Origin: Deltaproteobacteria bacterium
Lineage (GTDB): Bacteria > Myxococcota_A > UBA9160 > SMWR01
Direction: 5' to 3'
Assembly (NCBI GenBank): GCA_032128375.1
Contig: JAQBGU010000222.1
Location: forward strand, 1 to 39,779
DNA: 39,779 nt
The notes under the pieces are model-generated. The model worked only from the letters and a program-made list of their open reading frames with translations, was not told where the DNA came from and did no database searches. Within the stretch, counting starts at the first letter, position 1. Each line of letters starts with the position of its first letter. The translations under genes were made by a program, and so were the position numbers. Of this stretch, positions 10,182-17,792 are shown piece after piece.

Positions 10182-13055
10182 TCACTCCGGTACTGGTGAT
10201 GACAGTTTGGGCAAAGACCGCTTGGGCCCCGATCGTTTCGGCCGGAACAATGCGGGCCCGGACACTTCGGCCGGGGTCGTGGTCCCTGGGTCGCTGACCC
10301 GGGGTATCCCACCTTCCAGCGCGCTGCGCAAGAACTCGACGCGCTGCCAAATCGACTCCGCCGAACTTTGCGCACAGTAATGCCCTTCGTGCGCACTGCG
10401 TTCGGAGAGCGGCGGGGCCGCGCATCCCGGGGTCGCAGCCACGCCCGGTACTCCCTTTGGAACATATTGATAGAGGGCCGCGGTCGTCATCGCATCCACG
10501 TTACCGGCAACCGAACCCGATGCCGCCTCGAGGCCCGCTACTTTGGTCGATGGCGGCGACAAATGCACCACCGGTCCCAGCGTGCGCGCCAGCGAATTCG
10601 TCGCGTGATTCGGTACGAACGAATCGCCAAGGCCTTCTATCATCAGTACGCTCGCTCGGCGCGAAGGCGCAATATCCAGCGGCTCCCGGTAGAGAAAGCG
10701 CGCGAAATTATTCGGGTCCTGGTCGTCGAAGATCATCTGGATCAACGCCATCGTCACCCAGATATCGGTCGGCGCCAGTCCGCCGAAGCCAAGCGACCGA
10801 AGTGGCGCCAGCAACTGATTGGAGCCCTGATGAATCAATACCTCGCTGAAGCGTCGACCGGGCGAAACCAGAGCGGCCGCTCGAATTTGTGGTGCGAACG
10901 GCAACAACATGGAACCGTGATGGGCCCCTTCGCTGACGCCCAGATACAAAAGCGGAGCCGTCGGGTCGATTCCGAACACGGAACGAAGCCCCGCGCGTGC
11001 CGCATCCGACCCGGCGGGCATCGCAAATTTCTCGATCGACGCGAGCTCTCCGATGGCTCTGGTGAACCCGATCTGGTCGGCCACGGTTTGCGTAAAGTAG
11101 TCCGGCAGCTGGGACGACGTGATAATGCGTAACAGGAGATCTGCAACCTGGCGGCTTGCTTGACCCTCGGCCGACAGACGAGAGCGCCTGTGCTGGCGGT
11201 TCAGCACGTCGTCGAAACCCACCACCGCGAAGCCCGCTTCGGCGAGGTAACGACTCGCATGCAGGACCACTTCTTCTTCCGAGCTGCCCGGGTTTCCATG
11301 CTGATACATCACGACCGGTACGGGCCCCGCGAACGCTGCTTTTGGCAGAGCCAACGTAAATCGCAGCATTCGAGAGCCGGTCGACACGGGTAGGCCGCTG
11401 TCGGGATCGCGTGACAGGTACGACTCTTTGTCGAGCCAATTGGTTGAGCGCCATGATCCGCGGATGACCGCGGCGAGTGCCGCCTTCTCTTTGACATCCA
11501 AGCGTTCGAGATCGCTCGCCGCTTCGATCGAAAGGGAGCGGATCTTCGGAGGCGGCGCTTGGTATGTAACCTTCTGGATGTGTACGAGGTCGTCCGCGAT
11601 GGTGTCGAGGCTGCGAATCGAAAAACGCGCAGCGAACGCGACGTCCGCTCGTGAAATCGGTATCGAGGCTGTCGCAGAGACTGCGAGCACCTCTTCGAGC
11701 AAACCACGCGCACGCTCGAGAACCCAGTTGTTGGCTGACGCTGACGGTTTCGAATCGCGGACCTGGGCAAAGAAGGCAGAAGGGCCGAACGGCTCGCCGT
11801 CGAGCGATCGCACGCGGCTCGTCACGACGAGTCCGTAACGGTGCCGAGGCTTCAGTGCGACAGATGGAAAGATCAGCAGTGCGTGATCGGCCCGTCCGCG
11901 AATCACTTCGGAACGCGCCTCGATGCGAAACGGAATTCGCGCGCCGTAGTCCGCAGGCTCCTGGGTTACATCGAACAACATCACGGAGGCATCGGCTGCG
12001 ACCGATTCCGAGTAACTCGATGGGAGTGAGGCCGCGTCGGCGGCTGCGGACAACGCCACCGTGCAATGCGCGATCGGGCTGAACCCGTCCAGCGACCGAA
12101 CACCGGTCGCAAGCGCATTGAGCAACCACTGGTCAGGAAGGCCGAAACCTTGCGTGCGCAGCCGGACACCGTACTCGGCCGGATTGTCTGGGTTGGTGGC
12201 CAACCAAAAGTCGTCTGGAAACGGCGCAAGTTGACGAGGCACGCGCCGGTCGTAGAGGACCGCAACCGCATCGCGCACGGGGCCCGTCATTAGAACCCAC
12301 TCTCCGGGTCCGTGTGCGCCCCGCCACACCAGCTGGCAGCGGGAATCCGGCGGCAAGTCTCCGCTCGGATCGACGACGATTCGTGTGTCTCCGACCCGAT
12401 GAACCGAGACTTCGCGCCGCGTCCCATCGCACGAGAACCCAATGCTATCGATCGCCTCAGCTGCCGCCGCGGCGCCGACGGTCAAACGGATCCAATCGCT
12501 GCGCGAAAACCGCACAGTGCCATCTGCAGGATCGATCCCGATGACTTCGAGTGCGGGCGGCGGAGTGAAGTAGAGCCGATGGGTGACATCGCTTGCAGCG
12601 TCCACCAACTGTGCCCGCGCAAACAGTTCATGCCCACCTGCGGCGATCTGAAGCACACCGCGGACCTCCGTCGTTTGGGCTCGCTCGCCCCCCGCAACGT
12701 CGGGTGTCCGCTGGAACTGATGCGAAATTACCGCGCCATCGATTGCGACCTCGAGCGTTTCGAGGTCGATGCCGCTACCCATGACGATCCGAACCTCGGC
12801 TGTGCCAGCACCGAAATGCGGGGGCGCGATCACCAGCAGGTCCTCGGGAAATTCCGAACAAGACAGGAGCAGCGCGAGAAGACCGGCGCACGACCACCCG
12901 CGGAATTTGTTGGGCGTACAAGAAATGACTGGAATCCACCATCCGGGGGGCAATCGATGACGGGGCGCCGTCCATGTTATGCTAGCGCGTTGCGGGTCCG
13001 CCACGCGCACCGCAGTCACACAGCACTCACAGCACTCACAGCAATGATGAATCAT
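10182..13055 (-). CDS. Large lipoprotein with Ig-like region(s) and a C-terminal lipase-like alpha/beta hydrolase; true start probably downstream of 13055
   Basis: LLALLLSC lipobox, VIGIDPADG Ig-like strand, PFPDDFW and LDGFSP, YQHG, GVSEG nucleophile elbow, DSFVPN, GHYC. Confidence 0.7.
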   Translation of the reverse strand: MIHHCCECCECCVTAVRVADPQRASITWTAPRHRLPPGWWIPVISCTPNKFRGWSCAGLLALLLSCSEFPEDLLVIAPPHFGAGTAEVRIVMGSGIDLETLEVAIDGAVISHQFQRTPDVAGGERAQTTEVRGVLQIAAGGHELFARAQLVDAASDVTHRLYFTPPPALEVIGIDPADGTVRFSRSDWIRLTVGAAAAAEAIDSIGFSCDGTRREVSVHRVGDTRIVVDPSGDLPPDSRCQLVWRGAHGPGEWVLMTGPVRDAVAVLYDRRVPRQLAPFPDDFWLATNPDNPAEYGVRLRTQGFGLPDQWLLNALATGVRSLDGFSPIAHCTVALSAAADAASLPSSYSESVAADASVMLFDVTQEPADYGARIPFRIEARSEVIRGRADHALLIFPSVALKPRHRYGLVVTSRVRSLDGEPFGPSAFFAQVRDSKPSASANNWVLERARGLLEEVLAVSATASIPISRADVAFAARFSIRSLDTIADDLVHIQKVTYQAPPPKIRSLSIEAASDLERLDVKEKAALAAVIRGSWRSTNWLDKESYLSRDPDSGLPVSTGSRMLRFTLALPKAAFAGPVPVVMYQHGNPGSSEEEVVLHASRYLAEAGFAVVGFDDVLNRQHRRSRLSAEGQASRQVADLLLRIITSSQLPDYFTQTVADQIGFTRAIGELASIEKFAMPAGSDAARAGLRSVFGIDPTAPLLYLGVSEGAHHGSMLLPFAPQIRAAALVSPGRRFSEVLIHQGSNQLLAPLRSLGFGGLAPTDIWVTMALIQMIFDDQDPNNFARFLYREPLDIAPSRRASVLMIEGLGDSFVPNHATNSLARTLGPVVHLSPPSTKVAGLEAASGSVAGNVDAMTTAALYQYVPKGVPGVAATPGCAAPPLSERSAHEGHYCAQSSAESIWQRVEFLRSALEGGIPRVSDPGTTTPAEVSGPALFRPKRSGPKRSLPKLSSPVPE
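13019..13045. repeat. 9-bp tandem repeat x3 (CACAGCACT)
   Basis: Read directly; a further partial copy AGCACTCACA is at 13062-13071. Confidence 0.85.
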
Positions 13056-13084
13056 TCATGAAGCACTCACAAAGGGAGAATCTC

Positions 13085-13813
13085 GTGGAATCACCTTCTC
13101 GTGTTGCCTCTACCGCCGCCGGCTTGGGCGCGGTCGGCGTGATTGCCGCGATGCTCGGACCTGGCGGTGCCATGCTGGGCGCCCTCCCGCCGATGGTTGG
13201 TTTTGGATTGCTCGGGCTGGGCCTGCTGCTCGGAGTTCTGGGCGTGATCGTCGGATTGGGCGGCCTGTGGAGCACTCGTGCCGCATCGGGGCGGGGCGGG
13301 CGCGGGCGCGCGCTGACCGGAATGGGTCTCGGACTTCTGATCGTGTTCGCAATTGGCGCGGGTCGCGCAGGCACCGAAAGCAGGGCAACCTACAACGACA
13401 TCACGACGGATCTCTCGGATCCGCCGATGTTCACGCAGGCGCAGCAGATCAAAGCCAATCTTGGGCGTGACTTTGGATACCCGAAGGAGTTCGAGGCAGA
13501 ACAGCGCCAGCTCTACGCCGATCTTTCCCCGATCTCGCTCGCTTCGCCGGCTGCGGACGCCTTTCGCAGTGCAGAGGCCGCCGCGAAGGAATTGGGCTGG
13601 GAGATCACCTACCGCGACGCTCCCAACCAGATCGAGGCGATCGAAACTTCCAAGATCTTCCGGTTCGTGGACGACATCGTTATCCGCATTCGTGCAACGG
13701 GGGCGGGTTCGACCATCGACGTCCGCTCGAAATCGCGCGACGGACGCAGCGATCTGGGCGCCAACGCCAAGCGAATCCGCGCATTCCGAGACGCCCTCGG
13801 CTCAGGCGGCTGA
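13085..13813 (+). CDS. DUF1499-family membrane protein
   Basis: Three N-terminal hydrophobic segments, NDITTD, FRFVDDIVIRI, IDVRSKSRDGRSDLGANAKRI. GGGAG RBS before GTG 13085. Confidence 0.88.
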   Translation: MESPSRVASTAAGLGAVGVIAAMLGPGGAMLGALPPMVGFGLLGLGLLLGVLGVIVGLGGLWSTRAASGRGGRGRALTGMGLGLLIVFAIGAGRAGTESRATYNDITTDLSDPPMFTQAQQIKANLGRDFGYPKEFEAEQRQLYADLSPISLASPAADAFRSAEAAAKELGWEITYRDAPNQIEAIETSKIFRFVDDIVIRIRATGAGSTIDVRSKSRDGRSDLGANAKRIRAFRDALGSGG

Positions 13814-13858
13814 CCGCTATCTGCCATCGCCTGAAAGTCGTCGCGTGCCGTTTCCCGG

Positions 13859-15499
13859 TCAAGCTCGCTTGACGTCTGGGCCCAGCTCGCGCATCGCGAT
13901 ACTTTTGGCCCAGCGATAGTCGGCCTTGCCGCTGGGCGAGCGGACGATTTCATCGATGAAGATGAATCGCTTCGGAAGCTTGTAGGCCGCGATGTGCTCT
14001 TTGGCGACATCTTTGAGCGCCGCTTCCGTGGGGCTCACACCTTTGCGCAGCTGTACGATCGCGGTCACCTGTTGGCCCCAGCGCTCGTGAGGTGTAGGTA
14101 CCACAACCGTGTCGTATACGTCGGGGTGATGCTTCAAGGCCGTCTCGACCTCTTCAGCGAAGACCTTTTCACCGCCGGTATTGATCGTCACGGAATCGCG
14201 GCCCAGAAGTTTCAGTGTGCCTTCCGGATCGAGCGAGGCGCGGTCTCCCGGCACCGAATAACGCATTCCGTCCACGATCGGAAAAGTCGCGCGGGTCTTC
14301 TCCGGATCCTTGTAGTAACCAAGCGGAACCCGTCCGCCACGCGCCAGCCAACCGAGTTCGGTCTCGCCGATGGGTAGCACCCGCGACAGGTCTTCACTCA
14401 GAACCACGTTGCCGGGATTCATCTTGAAATCCCCGCTCGTCACCTCCTTTCCCTGGGTGGAGTACTGCGCGGCCTGCGTGCCGCTTTCCGACGAACCCAG
14501 AGCATCGAGGATGCGTAGGCCCGGAATCAGGTCGAGGAATTCCTGCTTCAATCCGGCCGTCAGGATCGCGCCGCCGGATGTCAACAGTCGCAGCGATGAA
14601 ACGTCATATTCGCCTCGGCGAAGTTCATCCGCCAGCGGCCTTCCGAAGGCGTCGCCGACTATCGTCAGCGCCGTCGCGCCCTCACGCTCGATCGTCGACC
14701 AGATATCGACCGGGTCGAGCCGCTGCACATCGGATTGAACGATCACCGTCCCCCCGACGTGCCACATGTTGAACGCGACCCAGTGTGCGGCGCCGTGCAT
14801 GAACGGCGGCGATGCGAGAACGCGCGGTCCGCCGCTCGCTGCGCGACTTACGACCGCTTCGAGCGAGTCTGCCCTGCCGGAATACAGCGCCGATTGGAAT
14901 ACATCTTCCTGGCGCCACAACACGCCCTTCGGCATCCCGGTCGTGCCACCGGTGTACAGGATGTACAGGTCGTCCGCGGATAGATCGTCGGGCAACAGCG
15001 CTGGCTCGGCGTCGGCCAGGGTCTGTTCGTAGTCGATCGCTCCCGGAAGCAGGCCCTCGCCGGAATCGTCGGCCACTTGAATCCACAGGTCGACTTTCGG
15101 GAGCTTGTCGCGAATGCGCGCCAGCGCGGGCGCAAACGTGGCGTGAAACACGATTGCGCGCGCATCCGCGTTGTCGAACAGGTAGACCAACTCCTCATCG
15201 ACGTAGCGATAATTGACGTTGAACGGTGCCGTACGTGCCTTGAATGCGCCGAGCATGCTCTCGAGGTACTCGTTACCATTGTGCATGTAGAGTCCGACGT
15301 GGTCCTGGCCCGACTCCCAGTTCTCGAGTTCGGAGCGTTCCTCTCTACAACCGAGACCGTGGCGCCGTAGCACGTCGGCAAGCCGCCGGGTGCGGTCGGT
15401 GAGCTGACTCCAGGTGAATCGCCGGTCGCGATAGACCAACGCCTCGGCATCGGGGAGGCGTTCTGAGATCGCTTCGTGAACTACCGCCAGATTCAGCAT
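13859..15499 (-). CDS. Acyl-CoA synthetase (AMP-forming, FadD19-like)
   Basis: YTGGTTGMPKGV, GSSESG, PGDRA, GRDSVTINTGGEKV, SPSGKADY. Confidence 0.93.
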   Translation of the reverse strand: MLNLAVVHEAISERLPDAEALVYRDRRFTWSQLTDRTRRLADVLRRHGLGCREERSELENWESGQDHVGLYMHNGNEYLESMLGAFKARTAPFNVNYRYVDEELVYLFDNADARAIVFHATFAPALARIRDKLPKVDLWIQVADDSGEGLLPGAIDYEQTLADAEPALLPDDLSADDLYILYTGGTTGMPKGVLWRQEDVFQSALYSGRADSLEAVVSRAASGGPRVLASPPFMHGAAHWVAFNMWHVGGTVIVQSDVQRLDPVDIWSTIEREGATALTIVGDAFGRPLADELRRGEYDVSSLRLLTSGGAILTAGLKQEFLDLIPGLRILDALGSSESGTQAAQYSTQGKEVTSGDFKMNPGNVVLSEDLSRVLPIGETELGWLARGGRVPLGYYKDPEKTRATFPIVDGMRYSVPGDRASLDPEGTLKLLGRDSVTINTGGEKVFAEEVETALKHHPDVYDTVVVPTPHERWGQQVTAIVQLRKGVSPTEAALKDVAKEHIAAYKLPKRFIFIDEIVRSPSGKADYRWAKSIAMRELGPDVKRA

Positions 15500-15556
15500 G
15501 GATCTCCCCCAGTTGATCGCTTGGCCCGCGCGCTGACCGGGCGTCGGTCAGTTGGA

Positions 15557-16285
15557 TCAGAAATTTTCTTTGTACGGCCGCACGTCCAACTCGAGCGACC
15601 AAGCGGTCGGATGCTGCACGTGCAACATCCAGTAGGCGTCGGCGATAGCATCGACGGACAGCATCCCATCGTCGCCGAGCCGCTCCTTCAGTTGCGGGAA
15701 CCGCGTGTTCACGATGTCACCGTTGATGACCCCATCGATGATCACATGACCCACATGCAGGGATTGCGGACCGAATTCGCGGGCCATCCCGTGAGCCAAC
15801 GCGCGCAGAGCGGCCTTCGCCGATGCGAATGCTGTAAAGGGTGGACGCGCGCGGAGCGACGCGGTGGCACCCGTGAACAAGAGCGTCCCACCTCCTGCGG
15901 CGACCATGCGTCTGGCCGCCTCTCGGCCGAAGAGGAACCCACCGAAACAGCACAGCCGCCAGACTTCCTCGAAAAAGGCGTCGTCCATCTCGAGCAGCGG
16001 GCGCATCTGGTTGTTTCCCGCGTTGTAGATGGCCAAGTCCGGTACGCCGCCAGCGCTCTGTGCGGCGTCAAATACGGCTGCGATGTCGGCGGGATTCAGT
16101 GTGTCGGCGACGATTGGCGTCGCGGCGCCAGCGTCGTTTAGGATTTCTCCTGCCACGGCTTCGATCTTGGCCGGCGTCCGGCCCGCAACCATCACGTGCA
16201 GACCTTCTCGCGCCAATCGGCGACAAAGTGCTGCGCCGAGCCCCTGCCTGGCGCCCACGCCCATGACGATTGCAGTTTTGACCAT
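15557..16285 (-). CDS. Short-chain dehydrogenase/reductase (atypical, FxxxK)
   Basis: GVGARQGLG, YNAGN, TGATASLR, FASAK, IDGVING. Confidence 0.9.
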   Translation of the reverse strand: MVKTAIVMGVGARQGLGAALCRRLAREGLHVMVAGRTPAKIEAVAGEILNDAGAATPIVADTLNPADIAAVFDAAQSAGGVPDLAIYNAGNNQMRPLLEMDDAFFEEVWRLCCFGGFLFGREAARRMVAAGGGTLLFTGATASLRARPPFTAFASAKAALRALAHGMAREFGPQSLHVGHVIIDGVINGDIVNTRFPQLKERLGDDGMLSVDAIADAYWMLHVQHPTAWSLELDVRPYKENF

Positions 16286-16374
16286 TTCGATCCTCCAGCG
16301 GGCGGGGGAGTCTATCTCGTACCCGAATACTGCGCCCCCGACCGTGGCTGCCCCTGCTGTGGTACAAAAGACAG

Positions 16375-16971
16375 ATGTCCACCGATGAGCCAGAGGTAGC
16401 AGCTGAGAGCGCTGGCCCCGCTTTCAGCCATTCGATTCTGGGCCGGCTCAACGCCACATGGGAGAACCGGGCGTTTCGCTTCGTGTTTCTGTTTCTTCTC
16501 TATCTGGGGATCGCGTCGGTCGGGTATCCGGAACTTCGCGACAGGTACCGATTCATCATGGAGGCGATGATGGTCGGCACCGCGAAGCTCGAGTACTTCA
16601 TGTTTCTGCCGTTTACCGATGATGTCTCAACCCAGGGCACTCTCGTGGTCTTGAAGGGCTTCTCAGTGAAGATCATCGAAGAGTGCACAGGTGTGTACGA
16701 GGCGCTGATTTTTGCGTCGGCCGTTTTGGCTTTTCCCACTACGTGGGCGAAGCGCGGGATCGGTTTCGCATTCGGCATCCCAGCCATCTACGCCTTCAAC
16801 GCAATCCGCATCATGGTTCTGATCATCGTCGGGAAGTACTTCCCCGCGAGCTTTGAATTCATGCACTTGTATTTCTGGCAGGCGACCCTGATCGTGATGA
16901 TCACCTCGGTCTGGGCGCTATGGATCTTCAAGGTAGTGATTCGTGAACCGCCTGCTGCTGCCGCTGGCTAA
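16375..16971 (+). CDS. xrtH: Exosortase/archaeosortase-family protein, most like exosortase H
   Basis: Multi-pass membrane protein with the Cys/Arg/His triad: IIEECTG, FNAIRI, MHLYFWQ. Confidence 0.8.
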   Translation: MSTDEPEVAAESAGPAFSHSILGRLNATWENRAFRFVFLFLLYLGIASVGYPELRDRYRFIMEAMMVGTAKLEYFMFLPFTDDVSTQGTLVVLKGFSVKIIEECTGVYEALIFASAVLAFPTTWAKRGIGFAFGIPAIYAFNAIRIMVLIIVGKYFPASFEFMHLYFWQATLIVMITSVWALWIFKVVIREPPAAAAG

Positions 16972-17443
16972 ATTCGTGGCGGTGACCGCGCCGCTCACCT
17001 GGCTCTGGCTGGAAGGCGGCCGCGACGCCTACCACGCGCTGTTCATCGGAGTGACGCAGCCGATGCTGGTTTGGCTCGGCTGGCCGGAATCGCAGCTGGG
17101 TGCGGTCCCCCAGCGCTTCATTTCCTACGTCCCGTTTCTCGCGCTGATGTTGGTCACTCCGCACATCACGCTGGCGCGTCGGTTCTGGGGAACTGTGATC
17201 GGTTTCGGTCTGCTCTTCCTGAGCCACGCGGGGTTCGTGCTGGCGAGCATCATCGCATATGCGAGCTATGGGGAGACGCCCCAAGCCATCAAGGCGGTCT
17301 TCGGCGTGATGCTGCTGCTTGACAGCTTCCCGTTCTTGCTGTGGGCCGTCATCTGCTGGGATGTGATCCGAGACGGCATAGCAGGCGCCTCGGAGAAGAT
17401 CTTTGCTGACCCCAAGTCCCCAAAGGGTTCCAGCCAGGGTTGA
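16943..17443 (+). CDS. Exosortase-associated membrane protein
   Basis: 166 aa, about 4 hydrophobic segments, overlaps the exosortase 3' end; no catalytic Cys motif. Confidence 0.65.
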   Translation: MNRLLLPLAKFVAVTAPLTWLWLEGGRDAYHALFIGVTQPMLVWLGWPESQLGAVPQRFISYVPFLALMLVTPHITLARRFWGTVIGFGLLFLSHAGFVLASIIAYASYGETPQAIKAVFGVMLLLDSFPFLLWAVICWDVIRDGIAGASEKIFADPKSPKGSSQG

Positions 17444-17483
17444 CCCGTGGCCAACGACGCCAGCGATTCCTCGCCGGCCGCGA

Positions 17484-17507
17484 GGCTGACCCCATGAAGG
17501 GTCAGCC
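17484..17507. repeat. REP-like hairpin GGCTGACCC-N6-GGGTCAGCC
   Basis: Perfect 9-bp stem, same stem sequence as 3043-3064. Confidence 0.55.
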
Positions 17508-17762
17508 GGCGAACACGCGGCTCGTGGCCGAGGCTGAGCAACCAACCGATCGCGTGACCAGCGTCTTATCCAGCTGACCAATGACCGCAGTGGGCGTTGT
17601 GAACGTGGACACCGAATCGGATCACGCGGTTGTCTTGGTGGTTTCGGCCTTCACACCGCAGTCGATCTGAGAGGTTATGCTCCTTGCGCACCGTTTGATT
17701 CATTGACTCTCGAACGTCCACCAACAGTACATCGACTCACAATCAATTCGCGATCTGCTCGC

Positions 17763-17792
17763 GATCAACTCATGATCAACTCATGATCAACT
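17763..17792. repeat. 11-bp tandem repeat (GATCAACTCAT x2.7)
   Basis: Read directly; overlaps the annotated start of the downstream gene. Confidence 0.85.

Noticed and set aside
13019..13055. MIHHCCECCECC as a metal-binding or RiPP-like peptide
   Set aside because: It is the translation of the 9-bp DNA repeat upstream of the likely true start.
17590..17700. Possible toxin-antitoxin remnant (...HAVVLVVSAFTPQSI* then GAGG-ATG)
   Set aside because: Too short and degenerate to support without a profile search.
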